From Candidatus Latescibacterota bacterium (GTDB lineage Bacteria > Latescibacterota > UBA2968 > GCA-2709665): DNA of 64,000 bases. This document shows, one piece after another, positions 10,027 through 22,286 of this stretch. Below the pieces are notes generated by a model. The model was given only the letters and a program-made list of their open reading frames with translations. It was not told where the DNA came from and searched no databases. The first letter of the stretch is position 1. Every line of letters starts with the position of its first letter. Both the position numbers and the translations under genes were made by a program. Location: positions 64,001 through 128,000 of the forward strand of contig OZ242180.1 of the NCBI GenBank assembly GCA_965205485.1, given 5' to 3'.

Positions 10027-11391
10027 CTACCCCCCCAGACGATCCAGTACGTTGCGGGTGATCCGCGCCACCGGGCCGTCGTTCCTGTACAGCCCGTGCG
10101 ACCATTCCATGGTTCCCGCCGTGAAGACCGTCCCCTTGAACTCCGTCTCGTTCACCGCAATGGTGGCGTAGAACCGGTCGTGGTGAATGCCGAGGTCCGC
10201 GTTGAATCCGTGGTCTTCGGCGTCACCGATCGCGATGATCCGGTAGTGCGGGCTGATACCGTCGCTGCCCGTGAAATAGGGCTTGCCGTCCCTGAACTCG
10301 ATGTCGCCGCCGTCGCATTCCACGCCCACGATCGAGTCCTCGCGTCCGAACTCATCCCCTTCCTCCAACCCGGTCCCCTCGAACGCCCAGTGTTCCGGGC
10401 AGCTCACGCGGAAGAACCCGTACTCTTCGGTTGTCGGCGCAATGAACACGCCGGGCGTTGTCGTCTTCGCGTGGACGGCGGCCGAATACGAGACCCCGAT
10501 GGTGCGCTGGCGAAGGTTGTCGATGCCGCGCAGCAGGGACGTGTGCGGGTCCTCCGGGGTGCCAAGCGGATGCTTCTTGTACCGGGTCTTGGCGCAATAG
10601 AGCTGACGTCCGTTGCCCCGCGTCTCCACCAGGTGCGAGAACGAGTTCCCCGCCAGCACGATCAGGTTCCCGCCGCGGGCGACGAAGCGCTGAAGCTGTT
10701 CGCACTCTTCACGGCTGGTATACTCGCCATGGCCGATCCTGAGATGTGCGGCGTAGTTGTCGAGAATTTCCGGTTCCCGGTCGTGGTCCGCGTTGACGCA
10801 GTAGTCCACGGAATAACCCTCGGCGTCCAGCCACGAGGTGATGAACTGGTCCCAGGCGTAGAATCCGCCCATGATGTCCGGCTGCAGCGGCCGCTCGAAC
10901 GTCACCAGGTCGCTGTGGGTCCTATCGGTCGACAGATAGTGAAAGAGACTCTTGCCTCCCACGGGATTGTATGCGGCATAGGTATTGGTCTCTATCGTGA
11001 GAAGGACCGGCGCGGCGGGAACCCGCGGGCGAACCACGAACAGGATCTCCCGGATCCCCTGAGCGGTGGGAAAACCGGCGATGTAGACGCCGCTCTTCCA
11101 GTCGTGCGGAACCCGGAATCCCACCGTCGCGGGCCAGTCGAATCCGTCGCGATATCCGAACTCGGGAATCGGAGGAAGCGCGCCGCGCAGGTTGGCGATC
11201 TCCTTGACGAGACGCCGTCCGGCCCCTTCGTGATACACGAACACGTCGTAGTACGATCTGGAATTGGAGATATGAAATGTGATTTCGTCCCCCTGGAACA
11301 CGCTCATTGGACTGGCGTAGCCTCCCTCTCTCAGCTTCCAGTACCGGGTCGCGTCCTGTTCGTAGTGGGCGAAGATGTGCTCGCGTTTCAT
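10027..11391 (-). CDS. N,N-dimethylformamidase beta-subunit family protein
   Basis: VPHDWKSGVY, TYAAYNPVGGKSL, VTFERP, GHGEY, VGVECD, GTVFTAGT, ITRNVLDRL motifs. Confidence 0.85.
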   Translation of the reverse strand: MKREHIFAHYEQDATRYWKLREGGYASPMSVFQGDEITFHISNSRSYYDVFVYHEGAGRRLVKEIANLRGALPPIPEFGYRDGFDWPATVGFRVPHDWKSGVYIAGFPTAQGIREILFVVRPRVPAAPVLLTIETNTYAAYNPVGGKSLFHYLSTDRTHSDLVTFERPLQPDIMGGFYAWDQFITSWLDAEGYSVDYCVNADHDREPEILDNYAAHLRIGHGEYTSREECEQLQRFVARGGNLIVLAGNSFSHLVETRGNGRQLYCAKTRYKKHPLGTPEDPHTSLLRGIDNLRQRTIGVSYSAAVHAKTTTPGVFIAPTTEEYGFFRVSCPEHWAFEGTGLEEGDEFGREDSIVGVECDGGDIEFRDGKPYFTGSDGISPHYRIIAIGDAEDHGFNADLGIHHDRFYATIAVNETEFKGTVFTAGTMEWSHGLYRNDGPVARITRNVLDRLGG

Positions 11392-11467
11392 ATTGACTCT
11401 CTTGTGGCGGTGGATCAGGGGCCCTGGCGCGTTTTCAGAACGGCAGCGCGGTTGCTGAAACAACCTC

Positions 11468-11496
11468 TTGAGAAAGATGACTCGCCTTCGTATAAT
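11468..11496 (+). promoter_or_regulatory. Sigma70 promoter of the aap operon
   Basis: TTGAGA-17 nt-TATAAT. Confidence 0.7.
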
Positions 11497-11565
11497 ACTC
11501 GAAAGGCGTCCGGCGCATTTTAATGGTCAACGGAGTGTCACCGAGGTCAACCCACAATGAGGAGA

Positions 11566-12597
11566 ATGTCGATGAAACCGATCAGATTTGGTTCGCTTTT
11601 TGTTGCTCTGGCCGGATTTGCAATCACCGGACTGAGTCATGCCGGGACACTCGATGACGTACGGGCAAGAGGACACCTTCAATGCGGTATCAATACAGGA
11701 TTGGCCGGCTTTGCTTTTACTGACGACAAGGGCAACTGGAGAGGATTCGACGTTGCACTCTGTGATGCGGTTGCAGCAGCGGTATTCGGTGACGCATCGA
11801 AGGTCAAATACACCACCCTGACCGGAAAGACCCGCTTCGAGGCGCTGAAAGCAGGTGAAATTGACATACTTTCCAGAAACACGACGTGGACGTACAGTCG
11901 AGACGTTGATCTCAAACTGACTTTCATGGGCGTGAGCTTCTACGACGGACAGGGGTTTATGGTTCCCGCGTCGTTGGGTGTGTCCAGCGCAACCGAACTC
12001 GATGGCGCTTCGGTGTGTATTCAGACCGGTACGACGACGGAACTGAACCTGGCCGACTACTTCCGCCGAAACGGAATGAGCTACGAACCGGTTCCAATTG
12101 AATCGAATGAAGAAGCACGTCAGAATTACCTCAGCGGACGATGCGACGTCTATACGACAGACCGATCGGGACTTGCCGCAACCCGCGCAACACTGGACAA
12201 TCCGGATGACCACGTCGTTCTCCCGGAAATCGTATCCAAGGAACCCCTGGGGCCACTCGTTCGACACGGCGACGATGAATGGGGCGACGTGGTTCGCTGG
12301 GTACTGAACGCTCTGATCATCGCCGAAGAGAAGGGGATTACCTCAGCAAATGTCGCTGAAATGGCTGGCAAAAAAAGCAACGACGCTGAAATCAACCGAA
12401 TGCTGGGCGCTGAAGGCGAATACGGCGCAATGCTGGGATTGAGCGCTGACTGGGTTGTCAGCGTCATTTCCTCGGTTGGCAACTACGGCGAAATATTCGA
12501 AAAATACCTGGGTGTGAATACCGATATCGGACTTGAAAGAGGCGTCAATGCGCTGTGGACCGACGGCGGCCTGTTATACGCGCCTCCGTACCGCTAA
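11566..12597 (+). CDS. aapJ: General L-amino acid ABC transporter substrate-binding protein
   Basis: Signal peptide; RNTTWT, GTTTELNLADYF, SKEPLGP, GNYGEIF, YAPPYR. Confidence 0.93.
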   Translation: MSMKPIRFGSLFVALAGFAITGLSHAGTLDDVRARGHLQCGINTGLAGFAFTDDKGNWRGFDVALCDAVAAAVFGDASKVKYTTLTGKTRFEALKAGEIDILSRNTTWTYSRDVDLKLTFMGVSFYDGQGFMVPASLGVSSATELDGASVCIQTGTTTELNLADYFRRNGMSYEPVPIESNEEARQNYLSGRCDVYTTDRSGLAATRATLDNPDDHVVLPEIVSKEPLGPLVRHGDDEWGDVVRWVLNALIIAEEKGITSANVAEMAGKKSNDAEINRMLGAEGEYGAMLGLSADWVVSVISSVGNYGEIFEKYLGVNTDIGLERGVNALWTDGGLLYAPPYR

Positions 12598-12692
12598 ATT
12601 AACCTATGTAGATGGTGTATGCAACGTGCATGCGCCGTCGTTGTTCGAGCCCCGCACAGAATCAATCCATCCACAGTAATTCCGCGTGAGCT

Positions 12693-13850
12693 ATGCTGGG
12701 AAGCCTCTGGAGTGAAAAAAAGCCCCGGCAACTGATCATTCAGATCGTTGCGATCATCGTCGTACTGTCACTGCTCGGCTTTTTCGTTCGAAATATGCTC
12801 AGCAATCTCGAACTGATTGGCAGAGACGTCAGTTACGACTTTCTGTTCACGCCATCCAACTACGACATCAATCAACACCTGATCGAATACGATTCGCGCA
12901 GCACGCATCTTCACGCGACGATAGTCGGTGTGATCAATACCGCCCTGGTCGCGTTTTTTGGGATCATACTCGCGACCTCGATCGGATTCGCCGCGGGTGT
13001 CGCGCGCCTGTCCTCGAACTTCCTGGTCAACAAGATTTCCTACGGTTTCGTTGAATTCAGCCGGAACGTTCCGGTCCTGCTCTGGATCTTGTTGTGTCAT
13101 GGTGTGATTGTTCACAACCTGCCTCACCCCAGGCAGGCCATGTCGACGTACGATGTGTTTTTTCTCTCCAATCGCGGTGTCTATTCGCCGAAACCGATTT
13201 TCGAACCTGCATTCTGGGGTGTCATTGCCGCGCTGACTGTCGCCATTGGCGGCGCCTGTTATTTTTACCGGTTCGCAAAACAGAAACAGGAACTGACCGG
13301 ACGCCAGTATCCGGTGTACTGGACCAACGTCTCGATGATCATTGCGCTTCCGCTGCTGGCGTTCTGGCTTCTCGGGTTTCCCGTTGAGTTCGAATTTCCC
13401 GCGTTTGAGAGGTTTAACTTCAAAGGCGGGTTGGTGTTGAGTCCGGAGTTTCTCGCACTGACGCTCGCGCTCGGGGTTTATACCGGGGCTTTCATCGCCG
13501 AAATTGTCAGAGCGGGCATTCTGGCCGTCAGTTACGGCCAGACCGAAGCCGCTTACGCTTTGGGCGTCAGACCGAATCTGACCATGCGGCTGATCATCTT
13601 GCCGCAGGCGCTGCGGACCATCGTCCCCCCTCTGATCAGCCAGTATCTCAATCTGACCAAAAACTCATCTCTTGCCATCGCGGTCGGGTATATGGACATC
13701 GTGGCGACCATCGGGGGCATTTCGCTGAACCAGACCGGCCGCGCACTGGAATGCATGTCCATTGTGCTGGCCGTTTATCTTTCCATCTCCCTGTCCATAT
13801 CCGCGTTTATGAACTGGTACAACAAGCGGATTTCACTGGTGGAGCGATGA
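12693..13850 (+). CDS. aapQ: Amino acid ABC transporter permease
   Basis: AFIAEIVRAGI..GQTEAA, YLNLTKNSSLA. Confidence 0.92.
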   Translation: MLGSLWSEKKPRQLIIQIVAIIVVLSLLGFFVRNMLSNLELIGRDVSYDFLFTPSNYDINQHLIEYDSRSTHLHATIVGVINTALVAFFGIILATSIGFAAGVARLSSNFLVNKISYGFVEFSRNVPVLLWILLCHGVIVHNLPHPRQAMSTYDVFFLSNRGVYSPKPIFEPAFWGVIAALTVAIGGACYFYRFAKQKQELTGRQYPVYWTNVSMIIALPLLAFWLLGFPVEFEFPAFERFNFKGGLVLSPEFLALTLALGVYTGAFIAEIVRAGILAVSYGQTEAAYALGVRPNLTMRLIILPQALRTIVPPLISQYLNLTKNSSLAIAVGYMDIVATIGGISLNQTGRALECMSIVLAVYLSISLSISAFMNWYNKRISLVER

Positions 13851-13854
13851 ACCG

Positions 13855-14973
13855 ATGACGCAGCGTTCACCCGGGCAGGATATGCAACAGGAATTGCCGC
13901 CGCCGAGGACCCAGGTTGGCGTCGCCGGCTGGATTCGCCGGAATCTGTTTTCGAGCCCGATCGATATCGCACTGACGGCGTTGTCGGTCTACCTGCTGTA
14001 CGAGATCATCCCGCCCATAGCCAACTGGATGTTCTTCGACGCGGTTTTTGCAGAAGTCGCACACCGCAGAGAGTGCCGGGAAATCGCAGGGGGCGCCTGC
14101 TGGTCCGTTGTGCGGATACGATTCGATCAGTTTATGTACGGATTCTATCCGGAGCATTTGCGCTGGCGGGTCAATCTGACGTTCGTGTTGCTCTTCGTCG
14201 CCCTGATTCCGCTGCTGGTTGACCGCGTGAGAGGGCGGAAATACTGGCTCTGGTTTACATTAATCTATCCGGTCATCGCGTTCTGCATGCTGTGGGGCGG
14301 GTGGTTCGGACTGGAGTCCGTCGAGTCATCCAGATTCGGCGGTTTCCTGCTGACAATGCTGATCGGCGTGACCGGAATCGCCGTTTCTCTTCCACTTGGA
14401 ATTGCCCTGGCGTTGGGACGTTTTTCGTCAATGCCGGTTGTCAGAACGCTCAGCATCTGGTACATCGAATTCATACGCGGAGTACCGCTGATCACGCTGC
14501 TGTTCGTCGCCTCAACGCTTTTGAACTATTTCATGCCGCCCGGTACGTATTTCGACATGTTGCTTCGCGTCATCATTATGGTGATCATCTTCTCGGCCGC
14601 ATACATCGCCGAAGTCATTCGAGGCGGTCTGGCGTCGATTCCGCAGGGACAGTTCGAAGCGGCCGACGCACTGGGTCTGAACTATGCGAAAAGCATCCGG
14701 TTGATCATATTGCCGCAAGCGCTGAAAATATCCATACCCGGTATCGTGAATACCTTCATCGGACTGTATAAAGATACGACCCTGGTCATCGTCGTCGGCC
14801 TCCTCGACCCTCTCGGAATCGGCCGCGCGGCGCTTGCCGACTCAAAATGGCAGGGATTATCGACTGAACTGTACATATTCGTCGCGATGGGTTTCTTCAT
14901 CTCCTGCTTTGCCATGTCGCGATACTCACTCTACCTCGAACGCAGACTGGACACCGGCCACAGAAACGACTAA
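13855..14973 (+). CDS. aapM: Amino acid ABC transporter permease
   Basis: [33 protein letters not shown]. Confidence 0.92.
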   Translation: MTQRSPGQDMQQELPPPRTQVGVAGWIRRNLFSSPIDIALTALSVYLLYEIIPPIANWMFFDAVFAEVAHRRECREIAGGACWSVVRIRFDQFMYGFYPEHLRWRVNLTFVLLFVALIPLLVDRVRGRKYWLWFTLIYPVIAFCMLWGGWFGLESVESSRFGGFLLTMLIGVTGIAVSLPLGIALALGRFSSMPVVRTLSIWYIEFIRGVPLITLLFVASTLLNYFMPPGTYFDMLLRVIIMVIIFSAAYIAEVIRGGLASIPQGQFEAADALGLNYAKSIRLIILPQALKISIPGIVNTFIGLYKDTTLVIVVGLLDPLGIGRAALADSKWQGLSTELYIFVAMGFFISCFAMSRYSLYLERRLDTGHRND

Positions 14974-14984
14974 AGGATTTTCGA

Positions 14985-15764
14985 ATGACTGATGACGCAA
15001 CAGACCCGGCCGCCTGCGAACGCGATGACCGGATTGCGATCGAAATTACAGGCATGCACAAGTGGTTCGGCAAGTTCCACGTCCTGAACGACATCAATCT
15101 CACCGTCGAGCGGGGAGAGATCATCGTTATCTGCGGCCCCTCGGGTTCCGGCAAATCAACGCTGATCCGCTGTATCAACCACCTGGAGGAACATCAGCGC
15201 GGGCACATCACGGTTGACGGCATATCGCTGACCGACAATCTGAAGAATATCGCGGACATCCGGCGGGAAGTTGGCATGGTGTTCCAGCAGTTCAATCTGT
15301 TTCCTCATCTTACGGTCCTGCAAAACTGCACACTGGCCCCAATCTGGGCGAGAAAGATGCCGAAACAGGAAGCCGAAGAAATCGCGATGCGGTATTTGAA
15401 ACGGGTACGAATTCCGGAACAGGCATCGAAGTATCCGGGTCAACTGTCGGGCGGTCAGCAGCAACGCGTCGCTATCGCCCGCAGCCTGTGCATGAACCCG
15501 AAGATCATGCTATTTGACGAACCGACTTCGGCGCTGGACCCGGAGATGATCAAGGAAGTGCTCGACGTTATGGTCGAACTCGCACAAAGCGGCATGACGA
15601 TGCTGGTGGTTACGCACGAAATGGGATTCGCGAAAACGGTCGCCAATCGCGTTATCTTCATGGACGAGGGGCGAATTATCGAAGAGAATAGTCCGGACGC
15701 GTTTTTCGACAATCCGCAGAATGACCGGACCAGGCTGTTCCTCAGCCAGATTCTGTCACAATAA
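14985..15764 (+). CDS. aapP: Amino acid ABC transporter ATPase
   Basis: [29 protein letters not shown]. Confidence 0.95.
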   Translation: MTDDATDPAACERDDRIAIEITGMHKWFGKFHVLNDINLTVERGEIIVICGPSGSGKSTLIRCINHLEEHQRGHITVDGISLTDNLKNIADIRREVGMVFQQFNLFPHLTVLQNCTLAPIWARKMPKQEAEEIAMRYLKRVRIPEQASKYPGQLSGGQQQRVAIARSLCMNPKIMLFDEPTSALDPEMIKEVLDVMVELAQSGMTMLVVTHEMGFAKTVANRVIFMDEGRIIEENSPDAFFDNPQNDRTRLFLSQILSQ

Positions 15765-15837
15765 TGGCGCCTGACTCAACCTGACCGTCAACCCATCGAC
15801 TTTCCCTGGAGCGGTTCCCTGACCGCCCCTAATGGCA

Positions 15838-15863
15838 ACCGGCGGCCCAAATGGGCCGCCGGT
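15838..15863. terminator. GC hairpin between convergent aapP and fabZ
   Basis: ACCGGCGGCCCA-AA-TGGGCCGCCGGT. Confidence 0.6.
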
Positions 15864-15897
15864 CTGCATTCCGGAAATCTCGTTCACGCCGGTTTTC

Positions 15898-16347
15898 TCA
15901 GGTCGCGCCGTCCGCCGGGACAAGCGCGGCCATCATCTCCGCTTCCGCGACGAGGTTGTCGCCCACGAACGCCCTGCCGGCAACGCGGCATATGTTGCGC
16001 CTTCTCCTCAACACTTCCACCTCGAGCCGCAACTGATCCCCCGGCGTTACGGGACTTCTGAACCGGGCCTTATCGATACCCATGAACATAGGGATCATTC
16101 CGGACTCGTCTCCCATCAGAACGGCCGCGGTCTGCGCAAGCGCTTCCACAATCAACACACCCGGCATCACCGGACGCCCCGGGAAGTGGCCGGCGAAGAA
16201 GGGCTCGTTGGCGGAGACGTTCTTCAGCCCCACCACCCTGCGTTCCGGCTCCAGTTCCAGGACCCGGTCCACCAGGAGGAAAGGGTATCGATGCGGGAGG
16301 ATTTTCTGAATTGCTTCGACGTCGAGCACAGCCGGCTCTCCTCTCAT
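15898..16347 (-). CDS. fabZ: 3-hydroxyacyl-ACP dehydratase
   Basis: [31 protein letters not shown]. Confidence 0.97.
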   Translation of the reverse strand: MRGEPAVLDVEAIQKILPHRYPFLLVDRVLELEPERRVVGLKNVSANEPFFAGHFPGRPVMPGVLIVEALAQTAAVLMGDESGMIPMFMGIDKARFRSPVTPGDQLRLEVEVLRRRRNICRVAGRAFVGDNLVAEAEMMAALVPADGAT

Positions 16348-16360
16348 CTCCGGACGGCGG

Positions 16361-16933
16361 CTATCGTATCGGACCCGGTCGGGCCTTCTGTTCGTCTCCT
16401 GCCTCCAGGTCTTTATTCAATGCTTCAAGCACCTTCTCGGTCAGGTTGTAATCTTCGTTGAAATAGACCACTGAAGCCGCATTCAGCACGAAGTCGTACC
16501 CCTCCTCCTTGGCCACCCGGGTAATCACCTCGTTGACGCGTTTCAGCAGCGGCGTGAGCAATTCCTGTTGTTTGAGCGCAAGCTTACCACGCTCGGGATC
16601 GGTAATCTGGGCAAGAAACCGCTGTAGATCTTCCTCCTGCCTCTTGAGGGCCTGCTCCTCCTCCCGCCTCCGATTCTCCATGTACATCACCTTCTGCCGC
16701 TCGAAGGTGGTCTGCTTCTTCCTCAACTCGCTCTCGAGCTTTTTGAGTTCCTTCTGCAGTTCCCCCTCGTACTGGTTGTACTCTCTCTCGGCCTCCTGGA
16801 AGGGCTTGTACTTGGTACGAATCTCGTTCGGATCGAAAAAGGCGATCTTCGCCTGCGCATGCGCCGTGGACGCCGCGACCAGACACGCCATCAGGCCGCA
16901 CGCGGAAACCAGGAAGCGATATCTGAAGTCCAT
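16361..16933 (-). CDS. skp: OmpH/Skp periplasmic chaperone
   Basis: Signal peptide; long coiled coil; [11 protein letters not shown]; follows bamA. Confidence 0.9.
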   Translation of the reverse strand: MDFRYRFLVSACGLMACLVAASTAHAQAKIAFFDPNEIRTKYKPFQEAEREYNQYEGELQKELKKLESELRKKQTTFERQKVMYMENRRREEEQALKRQEEDLQRFLAQITDPERGKLALKQQELLTPLLKRVNEVITRVAKEEGYDFVLNAASVVYFNEDYNLTEKVLEALNKDLEAGDEQKARPGPIR

Positions 16934-17142
16934 TTTGAATCTCCCCCCAACGTTTGGAAGCTGTCTTAAAATTCCCAGCGGTCTTCGCACGGCTGCAAAA
17001 GCGCCGGTCGGCGTTGGTCAAACCCACCCGTATAGACAAATATGGGCGGATTTTCCCGTCGGCGCTGCACGCCCTTCGCGCCTCATAACCGCAACTTTTT
17101 CGCTCGTGCTCGGGAACTCACCGGTAATTTTAAAACAACTTC

Positions 17143-19458
17143 TTAAAAGAACTGCGGACCGAACTGGAAATGGGTTACCATCTGCGGCTCCTGACCGTCA
17201 ACCCGCCGCCTGTCGAAACCCCACGCAAAGTCAAATCCCATAATGCCCACAACCGGAGCAATCATGCGAAATCCGACGCCAACCGACCGCCGCAGGTCAA
17301 AAATACTCGCTTCGGAAATACTGTCCCACGCATTGCCGGCGTCCGCAAAGGCAAGGGCGTAGAACTGCTGCTTTACAATGGGCAGCGTGAATTCCAGGTT
17401 GAAGAGCATCTGCGAGTTCCCGCCGTCCGGAACGCCGTTGATGCGCGGACCCAGCGATTGCTCGGGGTAACCCCGCACCATGGTGCCCTCGAAGATGTTC
17501 ACGCCCCCCGGAACGTAACGCTCGTTAAACGGCACGTCGGAGTTGTTATACGGCATCACGAGACCGAGGGTCGTCTTCAGATTCAGCGCAACACGCCATG
17601 CAACCGGAAAATAGAAACTGGTTATGATATCGTGCTTGAAGAAATCCGTATTTCCGCCCAGGGGGCCGCCGGCAAACGTCGGCGAGTAGGAAAACACGGA
17701 GCCGCTGGTTGGAAAAACCGGCAGGTCCCGGCTGTTGCGCGTGAAGTTCAGATTGACGCTGCTCGTCACATTGTCGCGAAAGGAAGTCTCCGCAGCCTCG
17801 TCGAAATCCTCGGCGAAATTCCGGAATTCAACCTGTTCGATGCGGTACCCGATGGAGACCCTGGAGAAATCGGGCCAGACCAGGCGGCGCCCGACACTGG
17901 CCAGGGCGCCCTGCCTGCGTTCGTCGAAGCCGCTGTAATACCGGCGGTTGGTTCTGAAGATCAGACCCTGCAGACTCGTTGGCGTGTTCAAGAACCAGGG
18001 CTCCGTAAATCCGGCCCTGAAGGACTGGCGCCTGTCTCCAAACTCCAGCTGAAATTCCAGTTGCTGTCCGTTGCCCATAAAGTTGGGAACCTGCAACGCG
18101 ATGGTCCCAAGTAGTCCGTCGTACTGGCTGTAGCCCGCGCCAACGGACGCCGTGCCGGTGGACTTCTCCTCAACTCCAAAGATCACGTCGAGCTCGGACG
18201 TCTCCTCTACGGGTTTCAGTTCCGGCGCAACGTTGCTGAAGTAGTTCAGCTGCTGAATATTCCTCACGCTGCGTTCGATACCGGACCTTCGGAAGGTCTG
18301 ACCCGGCCTTATCCAGAGCTCCCTTCGGATGACCCTGTCCTTCGTCTTGGTATTGCCCGAAATGGTAATCTGCCGGATCTTCCACGGCTTGTTCTCCACG
18401 ATGTCGAAGTGCACGTCGATCGTGTGCGGTGTCTCGGCCAGTCTCTCCTGGACCGCGACCGAAGCCGTGATATAGCCGATATCGCTGTACAGATTCTGGA
18501 TTTCCTCCTGGGATTTGTTCTTGAGTTCGGCGCTGTAGACCTCCCCTGCCTTGGCGACGATCATCCTGTCGATCCCCGCGTCCTTGACGCGCTCGTTACC
18601 CTCCCAGGTAATCTCGCCGAACGTGTAGAGGGGCCCTTCATCCAGGTACAGATCGATAAACAGATTTGCCTTCGCATCGTCGTAATACAGGCTGTCGCGA
18701 AGAATCTCCGCGTTCCGATACCCATTCGCCTGGTAAAACGCCAGCAGCGCCTGCTTGTCTTCCTGATAGGTATCTTCGGCGAACTGATTCCGGCGCAGTA
18801 TTCCGCCGACCTGCTTGGTTTCCTTCATCGCCTTTCGAAGCTTCTTGCCTTCGAACGACTCGTTGCCGAAGAACTGAATCCGGCGCAGCTTTACCTTCCG
18901 CCCCTCGCTGACTTTGAACGTGAGGTTGACCTGACCCTCATCATTCGGGTCGCCCTGCGTACCCTCGACGCTGGCGAGGAGGTATCCCTCTTCCTTGTAC
19001 AGGTCCACGATCTTGTTTTCCGCGCGCCTGACTTCGTGCGGCGACAGCCATTGTTTTTCGATGAAAGCCAGCGTCTTCTTCAGTTTCTTGGATTTGATCC
19101 CCTTGTTGCCCTCGAAGAGAACGTCGTCCAGCTTCGGATACTCCTTTACGACGATCAGAACGGCCACCCCTTCGTCCACGTCCGAATCGACGAAGACCTG
19201 GATATCCGAAAATATGTTCAATCGATGGAGATTGCGGATGACGCGCGGCGGATCGTCCGGCAGGATCAGGCGTTGTCCTTCCGCCAATCCCGAGGAGAAC
19301 CTGATCAGCGACGCTTCGGTGATCCGGTTTCCGGAGACTCTGATCTCGGAAATGAGCGGCGGCTCCTGCGCCTCCGCCGTCCGGGGAGACGTGAAGTTCA
19401 ACAGCACCAGAAGACATCCGAAGAAGATTCGCAACAAAGCCATTCGCCTCCGCAACAC
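17143..19458 (-). CDS. bamA: Outer membrane protein assembly factor BamA
   Basis: POTRA repeats (GNTKTKDRVIRRE); VRGY motif; C-terminal Phe. Confidence 0.96.
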   Translation of the reverse strand: MLRRRMALLRIFFGCLLVLLNFTSPRTAEAQEPPLISEIRVSGNRITEASLIRFSSGLAEGQRLILPDDPPRVIRNLHRLNIFSDIQVFVDSDVDEGVAVLIVVKEYPKLDDVLFEGNKGIKSKKLKKTLAFIEKQWLSPHEVRRAENKIVDLYKEEGYLLASVEGTQGDPNDEGQVNLTFKVSEGRKVKLRRIQFFGNESFEGKKLRKAMKETKQVGGILRRNQFAEDTYQEDKQALLAFYQANGYRNAEILRDSLYYDDAKANLFIDLYLDEGPLYTFGEITWEGNERVKDAGIDRMIVAKAGEVYSAELKNKSQEEIQNLYSDIGYITASVAVQERLAETPHTIDVHFDIVENKPWKIRQITISGNTKTKDRVIRRELWIRPGQTFRRSGIERSVRNIQQLNYFSNVAPELKPVEETSELDVIFGVEEKSTGTASVGAGYSQYDGLLGTIALQVPNFMGNGQQLEFQLEFGDRRQSFRAGFTEPWFLNTPTSLQGLIFRTNRRYYSGFDERRQGALASVGRRLVWPDFSRVSIGYRIEQVEFRNFAEDFDEAAETSFRDNVTSSVNLNFTRNSRDLPVFPTSGSVFSYSPTFAGGPLGGNTDFFKHDIITSFYFPVAWRVALNLKTTLGLVMPYNNSDVPFNERYVPGGVNIFEGTMVRGYPEQSLGPRINGVPDGGNSQMLFNLEFTLPIVKQQFYALAFADAGNAWDSISEASIFDLRRSVGVGFRMIAPVVGIMGFDFAWGFDRRRVDGQEPQMVTHFQFGPQFF

Positions 19459-19469
19459 CGGTCAGAAAA

Positions 19470-19520
19470 GCGAGAATACGAGACTACGAGAAGGCAAAAC
19501 CACGAGAATACGAAACTGCC
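19470..19520 (+). repeat. Degenerate octamer tandem repeat (ACGAGAAT/ACGAGACT/ACGAAACT)
   Basis: About 5 units; same family as 25766-25980. Confidence 0.7.
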
Positions 19521-19699
19521 AAAAAAACCCCTGGCTGAGATGAATTGCCACAATCGAACAAACGCTCCGTCATATCAAAAGTTCCTGCTATCGCCTGTAC
19601 GACAAAATTGGGCCCGGCCGTACGTCCGGGCCCAACTGGTCATCATCGCAGTGTATCGAGGGCAAAAACTGACAGCCCGCCCATGCGCCAGGCGCTGTT

Positions 19700-22162
19700 T
19701 TATTCCTCCGAAACACGGTCCACCACTTTCTGGTCGGCGGCAACCGCATTGGCATCCACAAAATGGAGCCCGTCACCTTTCTTGCTGATGCGCACCTCAC
19801 TCCCGGCGGTGTATTTGCCCTGCAGTATCTCTTCCGCCATTGGATCTTCCACCAGTTTCTGTATGGTGCGCTTCAGCTGACGCGCGCCGTAAGTGGGGTC
19901 GTATCCCTTTTCAGCCAGAAGCGCCTTGGCGCCCGGCGTCAGACTGATCGCGATATCCCGCTCCTTGAGGCGATCGAAGATTTCGGCAACTTCGAGATCC
20001 ACGATCTGGATAATCTCTTTCCGTTCCAGGGGATTGAAGACAACCATCTCGTCCAGCCGGTTCAGGAACTCCGGATTGAACGTCTTCTTCAGTTCCTCCT
20101 CTACGCGCTCCACCATCTTTTCGCGAATGCTCTTCTTGTCGGACCGGTTGAAGCCAAGTCCTCCGGCCTTCGCCAGGTCGCGCGTGCCGAGGTTGGAAGT
20201 CATGATCAATATGGTATTCTTGAAGTTGACCTTCCGTCCGAAACTGTCGGTAAGACGCCCCTCGTCCAGGACCTGCAAAAGCAGGTTGAAGACGTCCGGA
20301 TGGGCTTTTTCAATCTCATCAAGCAGGACCACCGAGTATGGCTTCCTGCGGACTTTCTCCGTCAACTGGCCGCCCTCGTCGTAGCCCACGTATCCGGGTG
20401 GCGCACCGATGAGCCGGGAAACCGCGAACTTTTCCATGTATTCGGACATGTCCACCGTGATGAGCGCATCCTCGTCGTCGAACAGGTACCCGGCCAGCGC
20501 CTGCGCCAGATAGGTCTTACCCACGCCGGTGGGTCCCAGAAACAGAAAAGTTCCAATGGGACGATTGGGGTCTTTCAGTCCCGCCCGCGTTCGGCGTATG
20601 GAGCGGCAGACCGTGTCGACAGCGTCGTCCTGGCCGACCACGCGGCCCTTCACCTTCTCGCCCATGCGAAGCAGCTTTTCCGATTCCTCCTGCGCAAGCC
20701 GGAACGCCGGAATTCCCGTCATGCTGGAAACCACTTCCGCGATATCCTGCTCGGTCACCTCCACCACTTCGTCGCGGACCTTCTGCTCCCACTCCTGGCG
20801 CATTTCGTCGACCTGTTCCTTCAGCTTGCGTTCCTGATCTCTCAGCTTGGCCGCTTCTTCGAACTGCTGGCTGTTCGCAGCCGCGTTCTTCTTCCGCGTG
20901 ATGTCCTCGATTTCGAGCTCGAGCGTCTTGATTTCCTCAGGCGGATTCAGCCGGCCCAGGCGGACGCGGGAACCCGTTTCGTCGATCACGTCTATCGCCT
21001 TGTCCGGCAGGTGCCGGTCGCTGATGTAACGGTCCGCCATGCGGACGGCGCTATCAACGGCGGCCTCTGTATAGGTGACCAGATGGTGGGCCTCGAATTT
21101 CTCCTTCAGTCCCTTCAGGATATCAACTGCGTCGTCGACCGACGGCGAATCGACCAGTATGGTCTGAAAGCGCCGTTCCAGCGCGCCGTCCTTTTCGATG
21201 TATTTGCGGTATTCGTCAAGCGTTGTCGCGCCGATGCACTGTAGTTCGCCCCTCGAAAACGCCGGCTTGAACATATTGGACGCGTCGAGCGTTCCTTCGG
21301 CGCTTCCGGCGCCTACGATCGTGTGCAGCTCATCGATGAAGATGATGACGTCCTTGCTCTGCTGGAGTTCGTTCATCACCGCCTTGATGCGCTCTTCGAA
21401 CTGACCGCGGTATTTGGTGCCCGCGACCATGCCGCCCATATCCAGCGTGACCATGCGCTTGTCTGCCAGCAACTGCGGCACCCGCCGCTCCACGATGCGC
21501 TGGGCGAGTCCTTCGACGATCGCTGTCTTCCCCACGCCGGGTTCGCCGATCAGCACCGGGTTGTTCTTCTTCCGGCGGCTGAGCACCTGCGATACCCGCT
21601 CAATTTCCCGCTCCCTGCCAATCACCGGGTCGAGCTTGCCCTCGCGCGCCAGTTCCGTCAGGTCGCGACCGAAATGATCCAGATAGGGGGTCTTGCTTTT
21701 CTTCTTCTCCCGTTTGCCCGTCGGTTTCCCTTGCAAAACAGCAATCACCTCCTCCTTCACGGTCTTGTAGTCGACGCCGAACCCCACAAGAATCTGCGCG
21801 GCGATCGTCTCCTTGTCCTTCACCAGCGCCACCAGCAGATGACAGGTCCTTACGTATTGACTCTTCATTTCTTTGGCTTCGGCGGCCGCTATTTCGAGAA
21901 TCTGTTTTGCCCGCGGCGTGAAAGGCACGTCCCCCATGGTCATCGACCCGCCGGAGTACGCGACATAGTCGTCAATCGACTGTTTGATCTTGTCCAGGTT
22001 CAACCCCAGATTCAACATCACGTTAACGGCCGAACCCTTTCCCTCCCGGATAATGCCGAGCAAGAGGTGCTCGCTGCTGACGTGGTTATTGCCGAGCCGG
22101 GCCGCCTCCTCACGGACCAGCCGCATCACCCGCTTCACCCGATCCGAGAACCTGCTGTTCAT
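19700..22162 (-). CDS. clpC: ATP-dependent Clp protease ATPase ClpC
   Basis: Clp-N repeats; two AAA modules ([16 protein letters not shown]); UVR coiled coil. Confidence 0.96.
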   Translation of the reverse strand: MNSRFSDRVKRVMRLVREEAARLGNNHVSSEHLLLGIIREGKGSAVNVMLNLGLNLDKIKQSIDDYVAYSGGSMTMGDVPFTPRAKQILEIAAAEAKEMKSQYVRTCHLLVALVKDKETIAAQILVGFGVDYKTVKEEVIAVLQGKPTGKREKKKSKTPYLDHFGRDLTELAREGKLDPVIGREREIERVSQVLSRRKKNNPVLIGEPGVGKTAIVEGLAQRIVERRVPQLLADKRMVTLDMGGMVAGTKYRGQFEERIKAVMNELQQSKDVIIFIDELHTIVGAGSAEGTLDASNMFKPAFSRGELQCIGATTLDEYRKYIEKDGALERRFQTILVDSPSVDDAVDILKGLKEKFEAHHLVTYTEAAVDSAVRMADRYISDRHLPDKAIDVIDETGSRVRLGRLNPPEEIKTLELEIEDITRKKNAAANSQQFEEAAKLRDQERKLKEQVDEMRQEWEQKVRDEVVEVTEQDIAEVVSSMTGIPAFRLAQEESEKLLRMGEKVKGRVVGQDDAVDTVCRSIRRTRAGLKDPNRPIGTFLFLGPTGVGKTYLAQALAGYLFDDEDALITVDMSEYMEKFAVSRLIGAPPGYVGYDEGGQLTEKVRRKPYSVVLLDEIEKAHPDVFNLLLQVLDEGRLTDSFGRKVNFKNTILIMTSNLGTRDLAKAGGLGFNRSDKKSIREKMVERVEEELKKTFNPEFLNRLDEMVVFNPLERKEIIQIVDLEVAEIFDRLKERDIAISLTPGAKALLAEKGYDPTYGARQLKRTIQKLVEDPMAEEILQGKYTAGSEVRISKKGDGLHFVDANAVAADQKVVDRVSEE

Positions 22163-22286
22163 AAGATAAATCTCCTCGTGGACCTGCCTGCCCCGGCGTC
22201 TCAAAACAAGACATCGACGCAAAATGCGAGCATGTTGATTCACGCTGTTGTTTGCCTGCGGAAGGGCGTTGAAACCCCGCACCGCA

